Shown here one piece after another: positions 10,217-19,707 of a stretch of 64,000 nucleotides of DNA. The number at the start of each line of letters is the position of its first letter. The first letter of the stretch is position 1. The stretch spans positions 1 through 64,000 of the IMG/VR virus record IMGVR_UViG_3300043774_001054. One strand, written 5' to 3'. The notes beneath the pieces are model-generated. The model was given only the letters and a program-made list of their open reading frames with translations. It had not been told where the DNA came from and made no database searches. The stretch comes from an uncultured virus (IMG/VR IMGVR_UViG_3300043774_001054). Lineage: Duplodnaviria; Heunggongvirae; Uroviricota; Caudoviricetes. A program made the position numbers and the translations under genes.

Positions 10217-11379
10217 ACTTCGGCTTTCATGAACTTAAGGTTATTCAGAACAGCACCCTTATGAGTAGGATCCAGTTGATAGTTCTTATGAAGGTCGATG
10301 AACATATTCTTTGAATCTTCACAGAGACCCACCCACCATGCGCTTACGGCTTTTTCAAATAGCATACCATAATAACCAGGATATTCTACCCAGGTCCGAA
10401 GAGGTCCGCAATTAAAATCACAAATCTCCAGCGCCATTGACGCATAGGTATAACAGTTTACCCAGCTCTCAACCGTGCTTTCGCGTTCATGATACCGAGC
10501 AAGGAGGAAGTACGCCTCAGGACGCGTTGGTAGAATCGAGATTGCGCGTTGAAGCAATCCACGAACCGAAAGACCTCGGGTACCTTGTTTCTGGAAGCAG
10601 AGTGCCGCACGAATCAGGCACTCATATTGATAGAACGGAATATCACTGCGTTCGGCGGCACGAATGTAATAGGAGATGGCAGAAGCCGTCTGGCCGATAT
10701 TGTCGTACCAAAGAGCAAGAACGTAGTTATTGTATTCGTTGGATGGGTCGCCAACATAGGCATTCATCATCTCATTAAAACCAATACCATGAGCCCACGT
10801 ATGGAAGTCAACAAGATTCAACCACTTTTTGCGGTTCTTCTCAAGGTTCTCATATGTAAGTTCTTCCTTTACCTCGAGGAATTCAATATCCGTAAAATTA
10901 TGCTTAAGACTAAGGATACCGCAACCATGGTCGACATCGACGACGTTCACATCAAAAAGATACTCTTTTTTACGGAATTCAACAAGAGCTTTCCAGCAAT
11001 CTCCGTTCCACATACCCTGTCCAGAATATGGAATCTCCTGAGCCCGTTGAGTCAATGGATTCATATCATGGCACACAATGTAACCATTCGGATTCAGACA
11101 CTCTGCGGCATTCTTGAGGTCCTTAAAGACCTGATCGGCATGATGAAGCCCATCAATAAAGATCACATCAAACTTCTCGGTATTCTGAGCAAAGAATTCA
11201 TCCGAAGTCATGACCTTACAGAGTTCCGGGTTCTTTAATTTCTCCGGAGACGGGTCAACACCAACACGTTTAGGGCAAACAATATTGTCAAAGTTATGCC
11301 CATTCCATACGCCAATCTCAAGATAGGATTGAGCTTTGCACTTGGCAATTAGATAATTAATGATTGTGGTGCGGTTCAT
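10213..11379 (-). CDS. Class I SAM-dependent methyltransferase fused to a TPR-like helical domain
   Basis: 'SYLEIGV', 'FDVIFIDGLHH', 'LNPNGYIVCHD' motifs; C-terminal helical repeats such as 'AISILPTRPEAYFLLARY'. Confidence 0.78.
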   Translation of the reverse strand: MNRTTIINYLIAKCKAQSYLEIGVWNGHNFDNIVCPKRVGVDPSPEKLKNPELCKVMTSDEFFAQNTEKFDVIFIDGLHHADQVFKDLKNAAECLNPNGYIVCHDMNPLTQRAQEIPYSGQGMWNGDCWKALVEFRKKEYLFDVNVVDVDHGCGILSLKHNFTDIEFLEVKEELTYENLEKNRKKWLNLVDFHTWAHGIGFNEMMNAYVGDPSNEYNNYVLALWYDNIGQTASAISYYIRAAERSDIPFYQYECLIRAALCFQKQGTRGLSVRGLLQRAISILPTRPEAYFLLARYHERESTVESWVNCYTYASMALEICDFNCGPLRTWVEYPGYYGMLFEKAVSAWWVGLCEDSKNMFIDLHKNYQLDPTHKGAVLNNLKFMKAEV

Positions 11380-12374
11380 TTGTTATTCTCCTCAATGAAG
11401 TTCATGATTGTAGAAATCGGGCAACGGAACACATAGGCTGCATTATCCTGGAAGCCAAAAGTAATTGCGACATTCTTTTCATCGACCAAGCACATTCCAA
11501 TTGCAAATTCAACCTGTGCGTCAAGAAAGAAGAACTCTTTGGAGTATTTTACAATGTTCCAGTTCTCATCCCACATGACCCAACGGTGATGATACACCGC
11601 GTCCTTGCGACCGACATCGGATTTAAAGAGGTCGACCTCGTGAGTGATTGCAACATAATGATTGCCAATCTTGACGGCTTGAGTACCACCTCGGAGGTCA
11701 CGTCGGAGTTCGGCATGGTTTTGAGCCAACAGTACTCGTTCGCAACCCTGTGTTTCTGGAATTGCTTTTACAATCTCCGTGGGTCCGCACCATTTAATGA
11801 AGTGATATGGTTTGTCAAGGATTGGCATCCAGTTCTTTTCACAATATGAATTCGGATCGATCGGCGTCGGAATACGGAAGCGAGATACTTCCTTTACGGT
11901 ATCATTCGAGACCTGAATCTCCGAAAGTTCCATGCGACCCTGACCGTTGGTCGTGGTATCTCTACGGACGCCAGTAATAAACAGTTTGCCGTCCCAACGA
12001 ACGAGTCTTGCATCCTCAAGACCCACAAATTCCCATTTGGGCTCATAGGTATCACCGAAACTCATATCAATCTTTGTGACTCGGGTGAGGTTAAGATCAT
12101 TCGAGTTGTCCAACTCGCCGTAGTAGTTTTCCGTACGGAGATGCTGGTCGTTCTCGGGATGTAGATAGGTCAGTGGACCCCAAGGATGCAAGAACAGTTT
12201 GTTCTCGGAATGATAGAAGGTATAATTCACGTGGCGAATTACAACCTTAAGTTTACCACCATCATTAAAGATGGATGGATTCATAAGTCCAGTACCCTTC
12301 GTGAGGTTTGCTGGAACAATTAATGGCTTGATGGCACCGCCATCCTGCAAAGCAGATTTTACAAAGTTTTTCAT
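11376..12374 (-). CDS. Putative beta-propeller glycosidase/glycan-modifying enzyme (GH130/GH43-clan-like)
   Basis: 'NPSIF', 'GLEDARLV', 'EKNWMP', 'LRGGT', 'VEFAIG' motifs; first gene of an ATGA-coupled 3-gene operon. Confidence 0.6.
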   Translation of the reverse strand: MKNFVKSALQDGGAIKPLIVPANLTKGTGLMNPSIFNDGGKLKVVIRHVNYTFYHSENKLFLHPWGPLTYLHPENDQHLRTENYYGELDNSNDLNLTRVTKIDMSFGDTYEPKWEFVGLEDARLVRWDGKLFITGVRRDTTTNGQGRMELSEIQVSNDTVKEVSRFRIPTPIDPNSYCEKNWMPILDKPYHFIKWCGPTEIVKAIPETQGCERVLLAQNHAELRRDLRGGTQAVKIGNHYVAITHEVDLFKSDVGRKDAVYHHRWVMWDENWNIVKYSKEFFFLDAQVEFAIGMCLVDEKNVAITFGFQDNAAYVFRCPISTIMNFIEENNK

Positions 12375-12397
12375 AAGTAGTAACTCAATTAGCTACT

Positions 12398-12427
12398 ACT
12401 ATATATCAACCCTTTTTAAAAGTAAAC
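12398..12427 (-). promoter_or_regulatory. Early (sigma70-type) promoter for the glycan operon
   Basis: GTTTACT-17 nt-TATAGT on the minus strand, upstream of the ATG at 12374. Confidence 0.55.
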
Positions 12428-12428
12428 C

Positions 12429-12932
12429 TTAAACCGCTACACCCGTACGAAAACCTTTCACTATTGTATTCGTAAATGTCGGGCTCACTCGGAGCTTTAC
12501 AAGACCGCCTTCGATAATCGAAGAAAAAACACCTAAACTTAGATCAGTTTGAATTACGGCGTATTCTGTAGTGTAAACTGTTGTACCATCTTGAAGCAAC
12601 AGCAACTCGGTCGAGTGGAAGTCTGCTCCGTATGATAGCTGGAGAACGTATTTAATTGTACGGTATTCCGTAACCGGAAAGCTATCAATTAATTGATTCG
12701 CGGAACTCAGAATTAGTCCCTTTTCAAATGAGAAATTCTCTCCGGACCCCGAAAGAGAACTCGCGCGGAGTCTTACAACCTCGTCAATTGCAAGACCCGT
12801 ATCCTTACGACGCAAATAAACATAACCGTCTGCTGTATTAAGTGCCAATTCGCCAAGAGAAAGGTCTCCGATACTCGGAACCGCATCTCTTGTTGAACTT
12901 CTTCTGTGTTTTAGAATTGTGCCGACAGCCAT
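12429..12932 (-). CDS. Virion/fibre-associated protein with Mtd-N-like N-terminal domain
   Basis: 'ILKHRRS...VPSIGDLSLGELALNTADG' resembles the major-tropism-determinant N-terminal motif; C-terminal 'DSF..TEYRTIKYVLQ' module. Confidence 0.55.
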   Translation of the reverse strand: MAVGTILKHRRSSTRDAVPSIGDLSLGELALNTADGYVYLRRKDTGLAIDEVVRLRASSLSGSGENFSFEKGLILSSANQLIDSFPVTEYRTIKYVLQLSYGADFHSTELLLLQDGTTVYTTEYAVIQTDLSLGVFSSIIEGGLVKLRVSPTFTNTIVKGFRTGVAV

Positions 12933-12960
12933 GGTATTGTATTATGTATAATGAAAAAAT

Positions 12961-12986
12961 TGGGTCCCGCCGCGTGACGGGACCCA
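12961..12986 (-). terminator. Rho-independent terminator
   Basis: 9-bp stem TGGGTCCCG/CGGGACCCA followed by a T-run on the minus strand. Confidence 0.8.
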
Positions 12987-12996
12987 GTGGGAAACC

Positions 12997-14835
12997 TTAG
13001 TAGGTTCCGCCGTCAATAATGTCGGAAACTTCTGGATGACCTTCAGCATTAATCTGAAGGATACCAACACTTCCATTAACGGACGTGTAGGTAACAAAGT
13101 CCAGAGCCGGAGCAACGCCGGTAGAACCTTCCGTAGTAATTACGAAGGCATTACCAGTAAGAGCATCGAGTCCGGTACCGCCAGAGGTAACCTCGAGCGG
13201 AGTAGTGCTGAGGGTAAGAGTTCCATCAACAGTAAGGTTACCACTTACGGTAACATTTGTTGTGGCTGCCCAACCTGCACTACCATTGGTAATACCGAAT
13301 ACAATTTCGCCGGTGTCGGAATTAACAATTAGATCACCAGTAGTTGTGGTGATTGTATTGAGTGTACCGTCGCCGCCAAGTTTAATGTTTCCAACTTCGG
13401 AAACAACAACATAGAGGCCATTAAATTCTGCATCACCCCAAGGTGTAGTGAATTCATTTACGCCGGAGCCTGAGGTGCCGCTTGAACCGGTTTCAGTTTG
13501 AAATACAAAGCGTTTGCTTTGCATATCCATACCGAAGAAGCCTTCCTTCACTACGCCACCTTGGCCATAGTAGAAAGCAATACCGCGGTCATTTGCATCG
13601 CCACCAGCAGTTGCATTTGAAGCAAGTTCCATTACCGGATCGGTAAGGGTGGTGACGGTTGTATTTACCTGAGTTGTGCTACCATTGACGGTAAGGTTAC
13701 CAGCAACAATAAGGTTATGGTTAACAACGGTATCACCGGTGCCGGCACCGATGCTGATAGAAGTGGCTGCACCGAAGGCGCTTACCGCGGTCGCCGTATC
13801 ATTGAATAGATCAATTTGTGCGGTACCAGCAACGATTGCGTCATTGATTGTTGGGCTATTGTTGAATACAAGCTTTGCACCAGAGTTGTCGGTATCGTAA
13901 CCGGTCTCATCGGTAATAACTCCTGCAAGTTCTGCAGAAGATGTGGCAGTAAAGAAATCAAGTTTGTCGGCGTCTGTTGCAACAGTTTCATCAATTGCGA
14001 CTGAAACATTTACATTGCCGCCACTGTCGAGAGCAATAGTGACATCAATACCGTCGCCGCCAATGAAGTCAAGTGACTTATTGAGGATGTCGAGGCTTGC
14101 GGTTGATGCAAAGTCTCCGTTGATTTCAATTGCGGTAGAAACCGATACGGTATGAATTGCGGTAACAAGACCCTTTTCGTTAACAGTAATAACCGGAATT
14201 GCACCAGCATTACCGTATTCGCCTGCTGCGGTACCAAGTACAGTCGCAAGAGTCAGTTCGCCGGTATTGTCAATTGTGGCATCGCCGTCAATTGATTGAT
14301 TCTTCCATTGTTCGGCACCGTTGTCGTAAATGAGAACCTGTGCATCACCAAGACCGCTACCATTAATTTGAACATCTCCGAGGTTATTGAGGAAAATGTT
14401 TGAACCATCGGTAATAGCATCGAAGACAGCTCTTGCTGTTGGAAGTTCGGTGTCAAGTGATTGATAATCAAGACCCGAGGTAATGATTGCCGTTACGGTT
14501 TGGTTAGAATTACCAGTGGTACCAAGTTGAAGACCTCCCGTCTTGATATTAGTAACCCAGCTGTTAACATCAACAAGGATTGCAGAATCCGCGGTAAGGG
14601 TACCACGGGTATGATCCATCATGTCGGTAAAATACTTACCGCCGATGACTACCGGATCGACATTAGGAGTTCCGAAGCCGATGTAGAGTTTATCGCCACC
14701 AGCGCCAAGACCAGAATCGGTATGAGCTAGGAATGAATAAGCTAATTCACCTTGTTTAAGTACGTTTGTACCTGGTTGACCATTAGCGGTACTGTAACGT
14801 GTGAGGAGTGTTGTTCCTTTAACTGGAGTTGACAT
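12997..14835 (-). CDS. Putative tail fibre/structural protein (612 aa)
   Basis: Mtd-N-like start ('LKQGELAYS'), Gly/Thr-rich beta motifs ('GNLTVNGSTTQVN', 'DRGIAF'), C-terminal 'IDGGTY'. Confidence 0.6.
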   Translation of the reverse strand: MSTPVKGTTLLTRYSTANGQPGTNVLKQGELAYSFLAHTDSGLGAGGDKLYIGFGTPNVDPVVIGGKYFTDMMDHTRGTLTADSAILVDVNSWVTNIKTGGLQLGTTGNSNQTVTAIITSGLDYQSLDTELPTARAVFDAITDGSNIFLNNLGDVQINGSGLGDAQVLIYDNGAEQWKNQSIDGDATIDNTGELTLATVLGTAAGEYGNAGAIPVITVNEKGLVTAIHTVSVSTAIEINGDFASTASLDILNKSLDFIGGDGIDVTIALDSGGNVNVSVAIDETVATDADKLDFFTATSSAELAGVITDETGYDTDNSGAKLVFNNSPTINDAIVAGTAQIDLFNDTATAVSAFGAATSISIGAGTGDTVVNHNLIVAGNLTVNGSTTQVNTTVTTLTDPVMELASNATAGGDANDRGIAFYYGQGGVVKEGFFGMDMQSKRFVFQTETGSSGTSGSGVNEFTTPWGDAEFNGLYVVVSEVGNIKLGGDGTLNTITTTTGDLIVNSDTGEIVFGITNGSAGWAATTNVTVSGNLTVDGTLTLSTTPLEVTSGGTGLDALTGNAFVITTEGSTGVAPALDFVTYTSVNGSVGILQINAEGHPEVSDIIDGGTY

Positions 14836-14854
14836 AATTTTTAAGAATTAAAGA

Positions 14855-15073
14855 TTAAAAGTAACCACCGCTAACGATTGTGTTAGGGTTGTTGGCTTCT
14901 GTTGTAGCTACGAATTTGTGGCGGGTGCCGTTGTAAATGAGCAGGGCTCCATCCGATGCTTGGGATAGATCCATGTCAGATAGTTCTGCGAGCGAGATAG
15001 GTTTGCCGAGGGCTACAACTTTAGCTTGTATACCCGGATTAAGTGCAACTGTTGCTCTGATTGGTTGACTCAT
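14855..15073 (-). CDS. Small structural protein
   Basis: 'LAELSDMD...DGALLIYN' motif and C-terminal 'SGGYF'; lies in a coupled late operon. Confidence 0.55.
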   Translation of the reverse strand: MSQPIRATVALNPGIQAKVVALGKPISLAELSDMDLSQASDGALLIYNGTRHKFVATTEANNPNTIVSGGYF

Positions 15074-15074
15074 G

Positions 15075-15419
15075 TTAGACTATTGGTTGAGTGACTCCTG
15101 GAGTAATTTCCACTTGTCCTTCTACTACACGTGTAACACTACCCGAAACATCATGAACAATCTCTACGTCATAAACGTAGCGACCAGGCTTCATTATCCG
15201 CGTCTGTTCGTTTGTTAATGAAATTATAAGTGTGCCGGATTCTTCGGATTGAACTGCAGCTTCAAAATCTATTGCAGTGAGCGAAGTATATGTCTTCCGG
15301 ATCTGTCCTCTGGCGCTGTAACCATCAAGATTCACGACTAAACCATCTCCGCCTTCAACGGTAATAGTAGAAGAAAAGTCGGAACCCTGATCGATTGAAA
15401 TGTTTGCAAATACTGCCAT
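15075..15419 (-). CDS. Conserved T4-like myophage virion protein (BppU-N/Ig-like)
   Basis: 'NISIDQGSDF', 'GQIRKTY', 'PGRYVYDVEI', 'RVVEGQVEITPGVT'. Confidence 0.65.
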   Translation of the reverse strand: MAVFANISIDQGSDFSSTITVEGGDGLVVNLDGYSARGQIRKTYTSLTAIDFEAAVQSEESGTLIISLTNEQTRIMKPGRYVYDVEIVHDVSGSVTRVVEGQVEITPGVTQPIV

Positions 15420-15429
15420 GGATTGCTTC

Positions 15430-15437
15430 TATTTATA
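15430..15437 (-). promoter_or_regulatory. T4-type late promoter TATAAATA
   Basis: Exact motif 10 nt upstream of the ATG at 15419. Confidence 0.75.
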
Positions 15438-15456
15438 TTAATAATTTATTGATCAA

Positions 15457-16422
15457 TTAGAACGTAATACTGCCCGAACCACTTGTCCATTTGTAGATTT
15501 TTCTACCATTGGCAATGGTGAGAGTAAATGATCCAGATACCGATGCTGCATTCGAATATTGTTGAGGATATGATATAATCACAACACCGGCTGCACCGCT
15601 ACTTCCGAGGACGAGACCATCACCTTCTTGACCAGGCGCTCCACCGCCACCGCCGCCTTGATTTGCAAATGGTGTGCCCGCCGCGGCGCCCGCCCCGGCG
15701 CCGCTTCCTCCGCTACCACCACCCGCGCCGCCGCTGTTACTATAACCACCGCCACCGCCGCCACCGCCGTATGTTAGCGATGTTCCACTAATACTCGTAA
15801 CTAATCCGTTGCCACCATTTCCTCCTAATGTCGTTCCATATTCTATGAAAGAAGCAGCAGAAGTTGCTCCGCCACCACCGCCGGCAGCAAAACCAGTCCC
15901 AGCGGCACCATTGTTACCTTGACCCGGAGTACCCAGACCTCCTGGGAACTGAAAAAGTGCAGTGCCGCCGCCCGAGCCACCATCTATTCCGCCGTCATTT
16001 CCGAAAGAACCAGCGCCACCACCAATTGTCACAATTGATGCAAAGCTTGAATTTTGTCCAGAAGTCGCATTGACCTCTGGAACAGCTGTCGCACGAGTAC
16101 CTCCGCCACCGACGGTTATATTATAGGTAGTACCAGCCGATACCGAATAATCGGAAGTATATATGACACCACCACCGCCACCACCGCCGCCAGCAAAACT
16201 GGATCTGCCTGCGCCTCCGCCGCCGCCTGCAACAACCAAGACATCAAACAACGGTGTTCTATTACTCTTTCCGAGTAATTCAGAAAACTTAACATCTCCT
16301 GTCGGTTGTCCGGCTAATGTTCGTACGGCGTCCGATAACATTGAAATAGACAAATTTGACGCTATACCAAGTTCATCACGAATCTCAAATGCCGAAAGAG
16401 GAAATTGTGTGCGTAGTGCCAT
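15457..16422 (-). CDS. Glycine-rich putative fibre-tip adhesin (gp38-like arrangement)
   Basis: 'LVVAGGGGG...GGGGGGGV' and 'YGGGGGGG' Gly-rich domain with a short helical N-terminus; directly follows an S74-chaperone fibre. Confidence 0.6.
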   Translation of the reverse strand: MALRTQFPLSAFEIRDELGIASNLSISMLSDAVRTLAGQPTGDVKFSELLGKSNRTPLFDVLVVAGGGGGAGRSSFAGGGGGGGGVIYTSDYSVSAGTTYNITVGGGGTRATAVPEVNATSGQNSSFASIVTIGGGAGSFGNDGGIDGGSGGGTALFQFPGGLGTPGQGNNGAAGTGFAAGGGGGATSAASFIEYGTTLGGNGGNGLVTSISGTSLTYGGGGGGGGYSNSGGAGGGSGGSGAGAGAAAGTPFANQGGGGGGAPGQEGDGLVLGSSGAAGVVIISYPQQYSNAASVSGSFTLTIANGRKIYKWTSGSGSITF

Positions 16423-16423
16423 A

Positions 16424-19400
16424 TTACTTCTTTAATTGAGCTTCAAGACTTTCAACTTTTGCGTTGAGACCTTTGATCGCTTCAATGAGAAGCGGAACCA
16501 TCTTGGCATAATCAACCGTCATATACGATTCATCAACCGGAGCATCCCTAATAACTTCCGGAAGAACCTTAAGAACTTCTTGAGCAGAAACACCAACTCG
16601 TTGACCTTTATTTACAAGACCCAATTGTTGAGCAGTCTTGTTGTGTGTATAATAGAATCCATTGAGTTGAAGAACTTTATTCAGAGCATCAGGAATGTTC
16701 CCAAAACGAGTCTTGAGTCGATCATCCGAAGTTCCAGCAGTAATGTCACCAACCGCGGTAATATAACCTCCGCAAACAATATTGCTACTTGTATTAACAG
16801 TAGTTGCACTTACAGTTCCGCCGCTTTGATTTGTTGCGGTTCCGGCAGATGTTGCAAATGTGCAAGATCCGGCAGATGTGATAAATCCTGAAGGGTTTGT
16901 GCTATTGTAAGGAGTGTAACCAAGTGCAGAAGTTACATTTCCGCTTGTAATACCTGAAATATAACCGTTTGGATTGGTGCTATTGTAAGGAGTGAAACCA
17001 AGCGCCGTTGTAACATTACCGCTTGTAATACCTGAAATATAGCCGTTTGGATTTGTGTTATTGTAAGGGGTGAAACCAAGTGCAGAAGTTACATTTCCGC
17101 TTGTGATACCTGTGATGTAACCTCTTGTAGTTACATAGGTTTCAGTTGCATAGCCTCTTGTAGTTACATAGGTTTCAGTTGCATAACCCGCAAGAGCTGC
17201 AGAACTAATATAACCGTTTGGATTGGTGCTATTGTAAGGAGTGTAACCAAGCGCCGTTGTAATCGATGAAAAAGTTTGAGCCGGAACTTGAGCAGCAGTA
17301 ATGTAACCTCTTGAAGTTACATATGACTCTGTTGCATAAGGTAATGCAGAAGTACCGACCGCCGTCACGTGCCCGAAAGCATCAACAGTAATCGAGCTAA
17401 TACCGTTACCGCCCTGAGCGCCACTCAAAGTCGAAGTAGAACTGTGTGATATGGTAATGGCGCCCGTAGATGTATTTACTGAAATGCCGGTACCACCAGC
17501 AGCCGAAGTAACGCCTGCATTTGTAAGGGTAACAGAACCACCCAGTGATACAGCTCCGCCGCCGCTAAGACCTGTACCAGCCGATACGGTAACAGAACTA
17601 TTTGTCAATTTGCTGTTAGCAATTGAACCAGCCAACATCGCATTCGTAACAGTTTGAGAATCACCAGTTGTTACAACAGTTCCTGTAGTTGCTGGAAGAG
17701 TAATAACAACGCCGGAACCTGCTGCAGCAGTTGCCTTAAGATTCAGTTGACCACTCGACGAACCGGAGAAATTTGCCCCTGCGCCGCCAATTAATGGAGT
17801 GGTAAGCGAAGGTGACGTAAGAGGAAGATTAGCTCTTGCTGTGGTACCGACCGACGCGGTATATGTACCAGCTGCCAACTCTGCCAATGTTACAGATGCG
17901 GTACCGGTCACATCGCCCGTAAGAGTTACCGTAACAACTGGAGAAGGTTTACCCGTAATACCCGACCAAGCAGGAACATAATTTGTTGAAGTAATATCAG
18001 TAACACCTTCAATTTTAAGATTACCTTTAATCACAACATCACCCGATGATGCATCATACGTGAATGCCTTATTTACGGGACTAGTGGGACCAGCAGTAAA
18101 ATTACCCGTGGAACTTAAGGTTCCAGAAAATACACCATTGGTTGCAGTAATAGAAGAAGCTCCTAAATTAATGCCAGTAGCCGATAAGGTTCCTGCAACA
18201 ACGGTATCACCAGTCGAAGCGTTAACAGTAAATTTATTAGAGCCAACAACAAAATTACCAGTCGAGGTTAATGCAGTGGAAACTGTAATTAAACCGTTTG
18301 TTACGGTTAATCTAGACCACTCAACAGTTGCCGCATTATTCGTGAATTGGATAAGTGCTGCAGCATTTGTTGAATCGGCGGCTGCTCTTAAAGCAAAACC
18401 ATTAGCCAATACTGTTGTACCTTGTAACCCCGTCGAAAAGGATCCTATACCACTTACCGATAGAGTTCCATTAACAGATGTATTTCCGGCAGATACTGTT
18501 CCAGAAAATACACCACTTGTCGCAGATAAAGCTGCAATCGTTGATTGGCCAGTAACTCCTAAAGTACCAGAAAATGTACCACTCGTTGCGGATAGAGCTC
18601 CAATGGTTGTTTGACCAGTAACACCCAAGGTTCCGGCAATAAGAGTATTACCACTTGAGGCGGCAACCGTAAATTTATTAGTATTGACCGCAATATTACT
18701 TGTAGAACCTAATGTGAGTAAACCGCCCAGAGTTGTATTACCGGAAATGCCTACGGTACCACTGAATAACGTATTACCAGAAAATGTTTTGTTTCCGTTA
18801 AATGTGATGCTATCATCCTTTAATTCATTTACGGCATTTACTAAAATCTTTGAAGAAGTAACAAGGTTTTCGACAATACCAATATCAGACTGATGTTCAT
18901 TTAAAGAAGCAACGACATCTCTGTTAAAACTCTTTAATTGTTTTGATACTGATGGAGAAGCCTGGACAATATTTTCACCGGAATCCGATGAGTTATTTAA
19001 AATGACTCCGATTAATTGGCGGGTTGTTCCACCCTGAACAATATTTTCTGGAGGAGAAGATTGAAATGCACTGGTAATGTTATAGATTACCAGGGTGCTA
19101 TCAACGGAATTGAATGAAAATACCTTTGCGGTTGCTCCTGAAATTGAACCTGTAATTGTGGCTCCTGGAGTATAGGATCCAGAACCATTCACGACCGACA
19201 TATAGGACTTCTGAACACTACGATCAATAAAGGTACCAGCAGAAACATTTTTAACAGTCAGAATTGTACCATTAATAGAAACAACGGTGGCTGTTACACC
19301 AGATAGCGAACCAGTAACAACCTGACCAGCCACATAATTGCCGGTTTCAGTAAGAGTGATTGTCTTGTTAATTAGGTTTGAATCAAGTGCCGAAGTCGTA

Positions 19401-19477
19401 CCAATATCGGCAGAAATGGTATTGCTTTTTTGGCGCCATGTTTCAAATGTATCTGTGCGTAGGACTTCGGTTGGCAT
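16424..19477 (-). CDS. Long tail fibre with C-terminal peptidase S74 chaperone (1017 aa)
   Basis: N-terminal 'TDTFETWRQKSN' baseplate-attachment-like motif; C-terminal 'SDDRLK...GVSAQEV..VLPEV...VDYAKMVPLLIEAIK'. Confidence 0.85.
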   Translation of the reverse strand: MPTEVLRTDTFETWRQKSNTISADIGTTSALDSNLINKTITLTETGNYVAGQVVTGSLSGVTATVVSINGTILTVKNVSAGTFIDRSVQKSYMSVVNGSGSYTPGATITGSISGATAKVFSFNSVDSTLVIYNITSAFQSSPPENIVQGGTTRQLIGVILNNSSDSGENIVQASPSVSKQLKSFNRDVVASLNEHQSDIGIVENLVTSSKILVNAVNELKDDSITFNGNKTFSGNTLFSGTVGISGNTTLGGLLTLGSTSNIAVNTNKFTVAASSGNTLIAGTLGVTGQTTIGALSATSGTFSGTLGVTGQSTIAALSATSGVFSGTVSAGNTSVNGTLSVSGIGSFSTGLQGTTVLANGFALRAAADSTNAAALIQFTNNAATVEWSRLTVTNGLITVSTALTSTGNFVVGSNKFTVNASTGDTVVAGTLSATGINLGASSITATNGVFSGTLSSTGNFTAGPTSPVNKAFTYDASSGDVVIKGNLKIEGVTDITSTNYVPAWSGITGKPSPVVTVTLTGDVTGTASVTLAELAAGTYTASVGTTARANLPLTSPSLTTPLIGGAGANFSGSSSGQLNLKATAAAGSGVVITLPATTGTVVTTGDSQTVTNAMLAGSIANSKLTNSSVTVSAGTGLSGGGAVSLGGSVTLTNAGVTSAAGGTGISVNTSTGAITISHSSTSTLSGAQGGNGISSITVDAFGHVTAVGTSALPYATESYVTSRGYITAAQVPAQTFSSITTALGYTPYNSTNPNGYISSAALAGYATETYVTTRGYATETYVTTRGYITGITSGNVTSALGFTPYNNTNPNGYISGITSGNVTTALGFTPYNSTNPNGYISGITSGNVTSALGYTPYNSTNPSGFITSAGSCTFATSAGTATNQSGGTVSATTVNTSSNIVCGGYITAVGDITAGTSDDRLKTRFGNIPDALNKVLQLNGFYYTHNKTAQQLGLVNKGQRVGVSAQEVLKVLPEVIRDAPVDESYMTVDYAKMVPLLIEAIKGLNAKVESLEAQLKK
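16880..17260. repeat. 78-bp (26-aa) and 33-bp (11-aa) tandem repeats within the fibre
   Basis: GITSGNVTSALG(F/Y)TPYNSTNPNGYIS x3 plus a partial copy; GYATETYVTTR x2 nearly exact at 17121-17185. Confidence 0.9.
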
Positions 19478-19485
19478 GATGTTCT

Positions 19486-19707
19486 TTATCTTAAAGCTAT
19501 AAGGGAATTAACAAGTTCTTTGAGCGCCTGAACTTCAGATTTTAGGGTCTGAAGTTCTTCTTCTTTTTTCTTACTTGCATTTTTATATGCAAGACGTTTT
19601 GAGTATTCTGTATGGTTTCTATTTATTACAGCCTTTGTTGACATATCCCGCTCAAACATGGGATTGTCAATAACCGTAGCACGAGTTGCAGATGAAGGTT
19701 TATTCAT
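19486..19707 (-). CDS. Small coiled-coil hypothetical protein
   Basis: 'ERDMSTKAVIN' plus a C-terminal heptad pattern; TAATG-coupled to the upstream gene. Confidence 0.65.
   Translation of the reverse strand: MNKPSSATRATVIDNPMFERDMSTKAVINRNHTEYSKRLAYKNASKKKEEELQTLKSEVQALKELVNSLIALR

Noticed and set aside
10549..11238. 229-aa plus-strand ORF opposite the methyltransferase
   Set aside because: Fully antisense to a motif-bearing gene, with no recognisable features
12429..14835. Diversity-generating retroelement suggested by Mtd-N-like domains
   Set aside because: No reverse transcriptase in the window, and I saw no template/variable repeat pair with adenine-specific mismatches
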